DNA from: an uncultured delta proteobacterium
GTDB taxonomy: Bacteria; Desulfobacterota; Desulfobacteria; Desulfobacterales; QNYZ01
DNA: 64,000 nt
Reading direction: 5' to 3'
Assembly (NCBI GenBank): GCA_963845145.1
Contig: CAWJQU010000001.1
Location: forward strand, 256,001 to 320,000
The first letter of the stretch is position 1, and each line of letters starts with the position of its first letter. This document shows positions 43,569 through 52,729 of this stretch, piece after piece. Made by a program: the position numbers and the translations under genes. The notes below the pieces were generated by a model. It was not told the DNA's origin and ran no database searches. It saw only the letters and a program-made list of their open reading frames with translations.

Positions 43569-43775
43569 ATGGAGGACCCTATGTTAGAAACATTTATGGA
43601 CAAGATTAAAAGGTCGGCTTTGAAAAGCATGAAACGAATAGGTGATCAGACTCGTCGATTTCAGGAAATCGTTTATGGAAAGAGCCTGAAAACATTTAGC
43701 CGTATGTATCCCAAGGCAAACAAGACTAAGGACAAAATGAATCATATGAGAGATTCCATTCGGAAAAAACATTGA
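43569..43775 (+). CDS. Small basic hypothetical protein
   Basis: GGAGG RBS before ATG 43581; co-oriented in the cluster. Confidence 0.4.
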   Translation: MEDPMLETFMDKIKRSALKSMKRIGDQTRRFQEIVYGKSLKTFSRMYPKANKTKDKMNHMRDSIRKKH

Positions 43776-43808
43776 TTAATTGATCGGTAATTATGGAAGG
43801 ATTCACAG

Positions 43809-44735
43809 ATGATTTATACTGTCACATTAAATCCTGCGCTGGACCGTTTCATTGTCGTTGAACAGTTACTTACGGAAGACACTACTCGCATATTATCCGA
43901 AACGGCTTATGCTGCTGGCAAGGGTATTAATGTTTCCAGGGTGATTCGGGAATTAGGTGGATATAGTGTTGCCCTTGGGCTCGTCGGCGGATATGAAGGC
44001 TTACAACTGGAAGGATTGCTTATCAATGCGGGTGTAATAAGCGATTTCACAAGGATTTCAGGTGAAACGCGGACCAATATTATCCTTCGTGAACAGACGA
44101 AAGGCCGGCAGTATGTTATCGGTGCCGCCGGCCCGGAAGTTAATGCAACAGAAATCGGCCTTTTTTATCAGAATTTTAACCAAGTTCAGAATATGGAGTA
44201 CTTGATCCTGAGCGGGAGCCTCCCTCGCGGAGTTACACCGAATCTTTATGGTCAACTTATCCTTGCCGGAAAAAAAAAGAACGCTTTCATCGTTATAGAC
44301 ACAGATGGAAAATCACTGCGCGAATCAATTGAATATCAGCCGACATGTATTAAACCAAATACATACGAGCTTTCCCGACTGGCGGAAAGGGAGTTGCAAA
44401 CCGAGTCGGAAATCATGGGCTTTTGTGAGAAAATCCACCAGAAAGGAATTCCATATATTATTGTTTCAAGAGGAAGAAAGGGACTGCTTCTATCTTCGGT
44501 CAAACAAAAAATAAAGGCAATTGCTCCTCCGATGGAAGTTGACAGCACCGTCGGCGCCGGTGATTCGGTAGTAGGGGGATTTGTACTGGCACATTCCCAG
44601 GGCAAAGACCTTACGGATTGCGTTCGACTATCCTGCGCCGCTGGGACGGCAACTGCGCAAACACCCGGCACGGAGCTTTGTCATCGCATGGATGTTGAAG
44701 AGATTATGTCCAAGGTTCAAATATCCAATCTATAA
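43809..44735 (+). CDS. PfkB/1-phosphofructokinase-family hexose kinase
   Basis: IYTVTLNPALD, GKGINV, SGSLP, KPN, VGAGD. Confidence 0.9.
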   Translation: MIYTVTLNPALDRFIVVEQLLTEDTTRILSETAYAAGKGINVSRVIRELGGYSVALGLVGGYEGLQLEGLLINAGVISDFTRISGETRTNIILREQTKGRQYVIGAAGPEVNATEIGLFYQNFNQVQNMEYLILSGSLPRGVTPNLYGQLILAGKKKNAFIVIDTDGKSLRESIEYQPTCIKPNTYELSRLAERELQTESEIMGFCEKIHQKGIPYIIVSRGRKGLLLSSVKQKIKAIAPPMEVDSTVGAGDSVVGGFVLAHSQGKDLTDCVRLSCAAGTATAQTPGTELCHRMDVEEIMSKVQISNL

Positions 44736-44807
44736 ATGCTGACTTTATGCTTAAGCGATTATTGGATGTCGGTTCTTACGAAAATTTTAAACAACAGGAG
44801 ATCTATT

Positions 44808-46235
44808 TTGGGTATCACCCTGCCAAAAACAAAAGTTGTCTGTACCATCGGACCGGCCAGCGACACACCGCAGATCATCCGGGAATTGATCTCAAACGGT
44901 ATGCGGATCGCCCGTTTGAATTTTTCTCATGGGACACACAGTGACCATGGGAAAAAAATTCATACCATCAGAAAAATTGCTGAAGATCTGGGCAAACCGG
45001 TTGCTATATTACAGGACCTCGGAGGGCCAAAAATCCGGTTGGGGCATATCCCTGATCCAGGCGTCCGAATAGAACCGGGGCAGAACATTATTCTTACAAC
45101 TCAGACTGTGGAAGGGTCAAAACAACGTATATCTGTTTCCCACCGGCTGTTAAACGAAGAAGTCAAAGCCGGAGATCGGATACTACTCGCAGATGGTTTT
45201 TTGGAACTCCGTGTTCGCTCGGTAAAAGAATCTGAAATCCATTGCAAGGTCATTACGGGCGGCGTGCTGACATCCCACAAAGGGATTAATCTGCCAACCG
45301 GAACCATTCGCATGCCTTCAATGACCGACAAAGATCGTGAGGATTTGCGTTTTGGCCTGGGTCATGATGTGGATTATATAGCGCTGTCATTTGTCAGAAC
45401 TGCGGCAGACATCCGAAACATAAAAGAAATCATTCGCCAGGAAAAAAAGAATACGCCAGTTATCGCCAAAATCGAAAAGCATGAGGCCATCGAGCATTAT
45501 GAGGACATTTTGATTGCTGCCGATGCAATTATGGTTGCTCGCGGTGACTTGGGGGTAGAGATACCTTTAGAAGAAGTTCCTGGTATCCAGAAACGATTGA
45601 TTCAAAGAGCAAATGCGTCAGGAAAGCCGGTTATTATCGCCACCCAGATGCTGCGATCCATGGTAGATTCGTCTCGCCCGACAAGGGCCGAAGCCTCGGA
45701 TGTAGCCAATGCTGTTCTGGATGGAGCGGATGCTGTCATGCTTTCGGAAGAGACAGCCGCCGGCAACTATCCCGTTCAAGCCGTTCGTTACATGGTGCGT
45801 ATCATAGCCGAAGCGGAAAAAACGTTCCCTCATGATCGATATCTTAAAATGGTGCCCGAAAAGGAAATTTCGGATGCTGTATCGTATGCGGTCTGCGTAT
45901 TGGCAGATCACCTTGATGCTGCGGCAATCCTGGCGCCGACACAATCAGGCCGGACAGCCGGGCATCTATCCCGGTTCAGGCCCGGGCAACCGATTATTGC
46001 ATATACGCCCAACCCGACAACCATGAGGCGACTCTCTCTTTTCCGTGGCATATACCCCCGCTTGATTCAAAATACGAATGATACAGATGATATAATTGAA
46101 ATCGTAGCTAACCGTTCGATTGATGCAGGTGATTTGTCAGAAGGGGATTTGGCGATCATCACTGCGGGTCAACCTGTCTGGGTAGCTGATGTTACGAATA
46201 TGATTCGGGTTAAAAGGATGCCGTTAATAACTTAA
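44808..46235 (+). CDS. pyk: Pyruvate kinase
   Basis: KTKVVCTIGPAS, RLNFSHG, IAKIE, MVARGDLGVE, ATQML, PTRAE; TTG start after AGGAG. Confidence 0.95.
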   Translation: MGITLPKTKVVCTIGPASDTPQIIRELISNGMRIARLNFSHGTHSDHGKKIHTIRKIAEDLGKPVAILQDLGGPKIRLGHIPDPGVRIEPGQNIILTTQTVEGSKQRISVSHRLLNEEVKAGDRILLADGFLELRVRSVKESEIHCKVITGGVLTSHKGINLPTGTIRMPSMTDKDREDLRFGLGHDVDYIALSFVRTAADIRNIKEIIRQEKKNTPVIAKIEKHEAIEHYEDILIAADAIMVARGDLGVEIPLEEVPGIQKRLIQRANASGKPVIIATQMLRSMVDSSRPTRAEASDVANAVLDGADAVMLSEETAAGNYPVQAVRYMVRIIAEAEKTFPHDRYLKMVPEKEISDAVSYAVCVLADHLDAAAILAPTQSGRTAGHLSRFRPGQPIIAYTPNPTTMRRLSLFRGIYPRLIQNTNDTDDIIEIVANRSIDAGDLSEGDLAIITAGQPVWVADVTNMIRVKRMPLIT

Positions 46236-46254
46236 AATAAAAAGGGAGAAAATC

Positions 46255-46455
46255 ATGAAGCTCACTAAATCCGGGTTGGAATTAAGAGATGTGATTGAAA
46301 AAGCGATTCAGGACTGCGTTATCACCCACAGCGAGCATGAGGAAATTATGAAATTGGCAAACAAAGACGGCATGATTGATGATCATGAACAGCGACTACT
46401 CAGCCAACTCCAGGGGTTGCTGGAAAACGGTACGTTAAAGCGGGTTAAAGGATAA
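46255..46455 (+). CDS. Small hypothetical protein
   Basis: RBS GGGAG; 66-aa ORF with acidic D-x-x-I loops. Confidence 0.55.
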   Translation: MKLTKSGLELRDVIEKAIQDCVITHSEHEEIMKLANKDGMIDDHEQRLLSQLQGLLENGTLKRVKG

Positions 46456-47204
46456 AAGCGTTTATATCCAAGAAAGAGAAAATGATGGCCTAACAGCCCC
46501 TAAGCCGACCAAGGAGGTCCGGTGGCACGCCCGTGTCTATTTGTGGAGAGCTTGCTAGCCGGATCGATGCCATCCCTAAATTACTGAGAACCGGGATTAG
46601 GTCGCTCAGTGTAGTCGCCGCATTGGTTCCGGACGTGAAGAATGCCGTAAGAAATTAAAGCTTTTGACGAATTCTCTTACCAGACGTGACAGACAAAGGG
46701 CCTAATCTCTATATGGTCCGCCTAACCGGTGACCTCTGCGCTTATCACAGAAATGTGGGATACTACTGGCATATCTGTAATCTCATTGTGTGAAATTTCC
46801 CCATCAATTATATTTTTTTCGAAGATTGGGAATTGTATATTAGGTATGGGTAATCGCCAAATTAGTGAAAGGTTCGATTAAGGCTCACACAAGAGCTAAA
46901 CCTTGTGAATATCTGCTATGTACAAAACGCCCTAAAAAAATGGATTTAAAGGATATAACAGCATGTTTCTAAATATAAATTGTAAGTGTAGATATGGCTG
47001 CCTATTACTTCTGTTAATTATTTTTACCGGGACCGAGGTATCAGCCATTACCGATGGGGGAAAAGAGGTTGCCGGCCCAGCAATGGAATATAACAACCTC
47101 GCACTTTTGGAAACCATCAACAACACGGTTGTTAGCGAGACAGTCAACCTGGAGATTTTAAAAGCACGGCTTCAGAATCAGAATGCCTTGAATAAAGCCG
47201 CCTC

Positions 47205-48261
47205 AATTCAATCACATCCGACGGCCAACCCTGCTCGTGTAATATCGTTGATGCCATGGCTCTGAAACCGTGACCTGTCATTTCATCCTTATCAAACCCC
47301 AACCGCCTTAGCGCCCCGTTAACAGTGTTACTGCTCATGGGTCTACCGGTACGAAGCGAAGGGAATACGTAACGACTCCCACCAGTCAATGGCTCGACAT
47401 CTTTCAGGATATCTATCGTCTGACTTGAAAGCGGTACAATATGAGCATCATCCATTTTCATCTTTTCCGCCGGTATGCGCCATTCAGCCATATCAAGATC
47501 AATATCTTCCCATTCCGCCTTTCGCAGTTCACCAGGCCGAACAAACACTATGGGGCCAGTTTAAGAGCGCATTTTGTCACAAAGTACCCTTGGTATCCAT
47601 CAATCGCTCGAAGCAGCTCTCCAACTCTCTTGGGGTCTGTAATGGCGGGCATATGCCGGACTTTTCTTGACTTTAAAGCCCCCCTCAAATCAGCGGTGGG
47701 ATCACGGCTGACCAACCCTAATGGAGCAATCGCATACCGGAAAATTTGACCGCATGTTATTTTGACTTTGTGGGCGGTTTCGTAGGCTCCCCTATCTTCA
47801 ATTCTTTGCGATACCGTCAAGATTTCGGGAGGATCAAGGGCTGATATCGGCCTTACACCGATCCAAGGGAAAACATCTTTTTCAATATTCCGCAACACTC
47901 TTTTTGCGTGGGATTTAGACCAACCCCCTTTTTTAGTGTCGTACCATGCCCTTGCCAGCACCTCAAAACTATTGGCGATTTCGTTGATTCTTAAGGCTTT
48001 GGTGCGCCTTCGATACTGTACAGGGTCTATGTCCTTTTCAATCAACCGTTTAGCGGCTTCAAGGCGCTTTCTGGCTTCCTTTAATGAAATGGCAGGATAC
48101 GCACCTAATGCCAAAGTTTTACGCTTTCCTAAAAAACGATAATCAAGCCGGAAATATCGCCCGCTATTATTGACCAGCAAATACATTCCCCGGCCATCGG
48201 TCAACCGGTATGGTTTGTTTTTGGACTTGGCGTTTTTGACAGCTACATCTGTTAACCGCAT
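47205..48261 (-). pseudogene. P4/IntA-type tyrosine integrase, frameshifted at 47548 and 3'-truncated
   Basis: Arm domain (LTDGRGMYL, ALGAYPAISLKEAR), RPGE, HGFR; ends at …SDVIE, before the conserved LAH and catalytic Tyr. Confidence 0.88.
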
Positions 48262-48282
48262 GCCAGTATCTCCCAAATAAGG

Positions 48283-48400
48283 ATGACAGTGTTTCTTAAA
48301 GGTAGCGATATGGCTTCCAGGCAGTACTGGAGCGGCTTTTCAGGGAAAATGACAGTATCTGCCTTCTGAAACCTGCCAGATACTGTCAAATACTGTGAAT
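48283..48400. repeat. Putative integrase arm-type sites
   Basis: TGACAGT at 48284 and 48350, inverted ACTGTCA/ACTGTGA at 48382 and 48392, between the integrase and the tRNA 3'-end copy. Confidence 0.5.
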
Positions 48401-48500
48401 GTCAACGGTATGAAACGGAGAGGCGCGAAAAGAAAAAAGCCCCGAAACGCTTTGTCTTCAGGGCCTTACTATGTTTACCGGACGTTACCGGAAGTATTTT

Positions 48501-48578
48501 TGGCTCCCCAGTCCGCCTCAGGCGGAAACCGCGGACAAGATGGTTAATCCGCCTGCGGCGGACTCACCAACTGAGCTA
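48501..48578 (-). pseudogene. Degenerate tRNA-Asn copy with two palindrome substitutions
   Basis: Matches tRNA positions 8-76 except one D-loop deletion and two 10-nt segments replaced by TCCGCCnnnGGCGGA (48512-48526, 48548-48562). Confidence 0.9.
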
Positions 48579-48837
48579 TTACTTCAGAATCTTTGCTTTT
48601 ATCCATTCTCTTCCCTTGCCACTTTTCAAAAATCGCTCCCTTTTCATCGCTTCCGCTCTCGTGGGGTATTCTTCAGAATAAATGAGGTGCCATACCCCTT
48701 TTTGTTTATGAGTATACCTTTGGGATCCGGGTTCTTCCGCTGTTGTGGCGTTCAAGGCGTTTGGTCAGATCCGAGGTTTGGCCTTTGTAGAGTTTGCCGG
48801 AAGTATGGTTTTGAAGGATATAAACCCAATATGGCAT
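48579..48837 (-). CDS. Small GIY-YIG nuclease (copy 1, +1 frameshift near 48738)
   Basis: Near-identical to 22550-22807 with one extra base (259 vs 258 nt). Confidence 0.85.
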
Positions 48838-48850
48838 TTCAGGTTCACCT

Positions 48851-48886
48851 AAAAAAAGGTCCAATCGGAGGCGATTGGACCTTTTT
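48851..48886 (-). terminator. Terminator hairpin downstream of tRNA-Asn
   Basis: AAAAAGGTCCAATC-N6-GATTGGACCTTTTT. Confidence 0.8.
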
Positions 48887-48892
48887 ATTTTT

Positions 48893-48968
48893 TGGCTCCC
48901 CAGCACGGACTCGAACCGCGGACAAGATGGTTAACAGCCATCTGCTCTACCAACTGAGCTACTGGGGA
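48893..48968 (-). tRNA. tRNA-Asn (GTT)
   Basis: TCCCCAGTAGCTCAGTTGGTAGAGCAGATGGCTGTTAACCATCTTGTCCGCGGTTCGAGTCCGTGCTGGGGAGCCA, 76 nt cloverleaf with encoded CCA. Confidence 0.97.
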
Positions 48969-48970
48969 TC

Positions 48971-49455
48971 TGGTTCTTTTTGCTTTCTGGTACTTTATTT
49001 CACCCCGATTTTCAACCCGATGGTTAATCCGCCTCAGGCGGACTCTACAACTGAGCTACTGGGGATCTGGTTCTTTTTGCTTTCTGGTACTTTATTTCAC
49101 CCCGATTTCAACCCGATGGTTAATCCGCCTCAGGCGGACTCACCAACTGAGCTACTGGGGATCTGTTTCTTTTTGCTTTCTGGTACTTTATTTCACCCCG
49201 ATTTTCAACCCGATGGTTAATCCGCCTCAGGCGGACTCAACAACTGAGCTACTGGGGATCTGGTTCTTTTTGCTTTCTGGTACTTTATTTCACCCTGATT
49301 TACAACCCGATGGTTAATCCGCCTCAGGCGGACTCAACAACTGAGCTACTGGGGATCTGGTTCTTTTTGCTTTCTGGTACTTTATTTCACCCTGATTTTC
49401 AACCCGATGGTTAATCCGCCTCAGGCGGACTCAACCAACTGAGCTACTGGGGATC
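48971..49455 (-). repeat. Five tandem 96-98 bp tRNA-Asn-derived repeats
   Basis: Units end at 49067, 49163, 49260, 49357, 49455; each is tRNA 5' arm + palindrome + TTAACCATC + a near-constant ~50-nt tail. Confidence 0.95.
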
Positions 49456-49513
49456 ATGTCAAAAGATAACCAGAAGTGTCTATTAAAACTACGCCATTTA
49501 GTCAAGAAAAATA

Positions 49514-51295
49514 TTACAGGGTATTTACCTTTATCGACAACTCATCAAGCTGGGGCTTGGCCACGTTTGATGGCGCCCCTGTTAGTGAACAAGCGGCTTT
49601 TTGGGTTTTGGGAAACGCGATCACGTCACGGATGGAGGATTCGCCGCAAAGGATCGATACCAGCCGGTCAAAACCGAACGCGATCCCGCCGTGGGGCGGC
49701 GCGCCGCTTTTTAGGGCCTCGAGTAAAAAACCGAATTTATTTTCGTATGTTTCACGGTCCAATCCCAACGCTTCGAACACTTTTTCCTGCATCGAGGGCT
49801 GGTGAATACGAATGCTTCCGCCGCCCACTTCGGTACCGTTTAAGACCAGATCGTAGGCCCGTGAGCGCGCCGTGGCCGGATCGGATGACAGCTTCTCGAC
49901 ATCTTCTTCCAAGGGTGCCGTAAATGGATGATGCAACGCCTCAAACCGCTTTTTGGTGGCATCATATTCCATCAGGGGAAAATGGGTAACCCAGGTGAAG
50001 GCAAACTCGCTGTCATCAATCAGCTTTAATCGGCGTCCCAGATGATTGCGCAGGTGCCCCAGGGCTTCGTTGGCTATTTTGGGCACATCCGCGACGAAAA
50101 AAACCAGGTCACCCGGTGCCATTTCAATACGTTCCGTCAGCGCCGCAACCTCCTCATCGCTAAAAAATTTGGCGATGGGCGATTGCCAGCGATCGTCTCG
50201 CACCTTGATCCAGGCCAACCCCTTGGTCCCGTAAACAGCCGTTAAATCGGTTAGATCATCGATTTCTTTCCTGGAAAAATCGACGCACCCCTTGGCATTT
50301 AGGGCTTTGACGACCCCACCTTTTTTAACAGCGCCCGAAAAAACCTTGAACCCACTCTTGGCAACAATATCGCTGATATCGGTAAGTTCCAGACCAAAGC
50401 GAACATCGGGTTTATCCAGTCCATAACGGTCCATGGCTTCTTTCCAGGTCAGGCGGGCAAAGGGCCGTTTGAGGCGTTTATCCAAAACCGCTGTGAATAT
50501 GGCCGCCATCATTCCTTCGGTCATATCCATGAGATCCTCTTCACCCACAAACGACATTTCCACATCGATCTGGGTAAACTCCGGCTGCCGATCGGCCCGC
50601 AGATCTTCATCCCGAAAACAACGTACAATCTGGTAATAGCGGTCAAACCCGGACATCATCAGCAATTGTTTAAACAATTGAGGCGATTGGGGCAACGCAA
50701 AAAACTGTCCCGGATTGACCCGGCTGGGCACCAGATAATCGCGGGCGCCTTCGGGCGTGCTGCGTGTCAGCACCGGTGTTTCGATATCGATAAAGCCAAG
50801 ATCGTCCAGATAGCGTCGAACGGTTTGGGCCGTTTTGTGGCGTAACAACATGTTGCGCTGCAGCCGGGACCGCCGAAGGTCAAGATGGCGGTATTTAAGC
50901 CGAATGGTTTCCGAAACATCTACCTGGTCCTCAATCAAAAACGGGGGTGTTTCGGCAGTATTAAAAATCCTTAATTCCGTGACGAGCACCTCGATTTCAC
51001 CGGTGACGAGATTGGAATTAATCATTCCTTCCGGCCGACTCTCCACCCTACCTTTCACACCAATCACATATTCACTTCTCAGAACATGGGCCTTTTCATG
51101 CACGGCTTCATCCACCAACGGATTGAACACCACCTGGGTGATGCCCTCCCGGTCCCTAAGATCAACAAAAATAACCCCGCCATGATCTCTCCGGCGCTGA
51201 ACCCACCCCATCAAAATGACTTCCGAACCAATATCCTTTCCTGTCAATTGGCAACAATGATGGGTGCGACGCATATGTTTAAGTTGATCCGTCAA
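49514..51295 (-). CDS. aspS: Aspartate--tRNA ligase
   Basis: RRDHGG, STPEGARD, LPQSPQ, FRDEDLRADRQPEFTQ, PPHGG, FPKT. Confidence 0.97.
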   Translation of the reverse strand: MTDQLKHMRRTHHCCQLTGKDIGSEVILMGWVQRRRDHGGVIFVDLRDREGITQVVFNPLVDEAVHEKAHVLRSEYVIGVKGRVESRPEGMINSNLVTGEIEVLVTELRIFNTAETPPFLIEDQVDVSETIRLKYRHLDLRRSRLQRNMLLRHKTAQTVRRYLDDLGFIDIETPVLTRSTPEGARDYLVPSRVNPGQFFALPQSPQLFKQLLMMSGFDRYYQIVRCFRDEDLRADRQPEFTQIDVEMSFVGEEDLMDMTEGMMAAIFTAVLDKRLKRPFARLTWKEAMDRYGLDKPDVRFGLELTDISDIVAKSGFKVFSGAVKKGGVVKALNAKGCVDFSRKEIDDLTDLTAVYGTKGLAWIKVRDDRWQSPIAKFFSDEEVAALTERIEMAPGDLVFFVADVPKIANEALGHLRNHLGRRLKLIDDSEFAFTWVTHFPLMEYDATKKRFEALHHPFTAPLEEDVEKLSSDPATARSRAYDLVLNGTEVGGGSIRIHQPSMQEKVFEALGLDRETYENKFGFLLEALKSGAPPHGGIAFGFDRLVSILCGESSIRDVIAFPKTQKAACSLTGAPSNVAKPQLDELSIKVNTL

Positions 51296-52559
51296 TGAAG
51301 TTTCCCCCTTTAAAAATGTCTTTGATTGTCTCTACCAATCCATCGATAGGAAGGGACTGTTGGTTTTTGGTCGCCATATCTCGCAAAATGACCTCGTCTT
51401 GGGCCAGTTCGCTCTCTCCCACAATCATCACGTAGCTTGCGTTGAGCCGGTTGGCCCGCTTCATCTGGCTCTTTAAGCTTTTGTCGGCAAAGGCCATATC
51501 CGTGTAAATACCGGCACGGTTGAGATCGCATGACCATTCAAAAGCCAAGCGACGGCTTTCCTCTCCCAAAGCGGCGATATAAACCTGCGGCCCGTTGTTA
51601 GCAGGCGGGTTTTTACCAAGGGCCACCTCTGCCAACCGATCAAACCCGATGGCAAAGCCAATGGCGGGAATATCCGGCCCACCCAGCTCGCTGACCAGGT
51701 GGTCATACCGCCCCCCGCCGGCGATCGCACTTTGGGCACCCAGGGACCCGGTCTGAATTTCAAAGGTCGTACGGGTATAGTAGTCAAGACCGCGAACCAG
51801 TCTTTTATCGATCTTATAGGGCACACCCTGGCGGTCGAGCAATTCCAGCACCGTATTAAAATGGTCGCGACAGGCATCGCACAGATGATCAATCAGTTCC
51901 GGCGCATCGGCCATAGCCGCCCGGCAGGTCGGTACCTTGCAATCCAGAACGCGTAACGGATTTCGATCTTTTCGCCGCCTGCAATCCGTGCATAGCTGGT
52001 CGGTTTTACCGGAGATAAATGCGTCTAAGACTTTTTTGAATCCCGGACGGCACTCGGGGCATCCCAAGGAGTTCACATGTGCTTTAATATCATCGATTTT
52101 CAAACGGTCGAATAATACGGTCAGCATAATGATCAACTGAGCGTCGACATACGGGGCGGCAACCCCGAACACTTCGGCATTGATCTGATAAAACTGACGG
52201 TAGCGACCTTTTTGGGGTCTTTCCCGGCGAAACATGGGACCAATGGTGTAAAGCTTGTGGACCGGGTCGGGGGCGTACATTTTGTGCTGAATGTAGGCCC
52301 GGACCACCGATGCGGTGGCCTCCGGCCGCAGCGTCAACAGATCCCCTTTGCGATCGGCAAAGGTGTACATCTCCTTTTCAACGATATCGGTGCTCTCGCC
52401 GATACTTCGGGCAAACAATTCGGTTCGCTCCATAATCGGGATACGAATTTCACGAAATCCGAAATTTTCAAAAATATCGGCGGTGTTTTTCTCGATGAGC
52501 TGCCACAACTCAATTTCGCTTGGCAGAATATCTTTAAACCCTCTAATTAACTGAATCAT
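51279..52559 (-). CDS. hisS: Histidine--tRNA ligase
   Basis: LRPEATA, FRRERPQKGRYRQF, RGLDYY, GGGRYD. Confidence 0.97.
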   Translation of the reverse strand: MIQLIRGFKDILPSEIELWQLIEKNTADIFENFGFREIRIPIMERTELFARSIGESTDIVEKEMYTFADRKGDLLTLRPEATASVVRAYIQHKMYAPDPVHKLYTIGPMFRRERPQKGRYRQFYQINAEVFGVAAPYVDAQLIIMLTVLFDRLKIDDIKAHVNSLGCPECRPGFKKVLDAFISGKTDQLCTDCRRRKDRNPLRVLDCKVPTCRAAMADAPELIDHLCDACRDHFNTVLELLDRQGVPYKIDKRLVRGLDYYTRTTFEIQTGSLGAQSAIAGGGRYDHLVSELGGPDIPAIGFAIGFDRLAEVALGKNPPANNGPQVYIAALGEESRRLAFEWSCDLNRAGIYTDMAFADKSLKSQMKRANRLNASYVMIVGESELAQDEVILRDMATKNQQSLPIDGLVETIKDIFKGGNFIDGST

Positions 52560-52729
52560 GGGTAAATCCGTTTTTTAGTACAACTCTCAATATTAATAGC
52601 AAAACTAGAATAAATATTCGAATCGAGATTATCAGTCAATATAAATATGGTTATCTAAATGTGGAAAAAGTAACCCCGATTGAGCCAATACCCAATCGGG
52701 GCCATTAATCAGACGAATAGCAATGAAAG

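Noticed and set aside
46486..46620. Integron attC site (GCCTAAC inverse core)
   Set aside because: No matching GTTRRRY core or extended dyad was found, and there is no integron integrase.
46963..47265. Complete exported protein gene
   Set aside because: Its 3' end runs into the antisense strand of the truncated integrase; it is probably a fragment and its family could not be identified.
47144..48276. Functional integrase or prophage
   Set aside because: The catalytic C-terminus is missing and there are no phage structural genes.
48471..49220. 249-aa plus-strand ORF with repeated MVNPPQADS motifs
   Set aside because: It is an antisense read-through of the GIY-YIG gene, the tRNA and the repeats.
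48971..49455. CRISPR array
   Set aside because: The segments between palindromes are near-identical rather than unique spacers, the units derive from tRNA-Asn, and there are no cas genes in the window.
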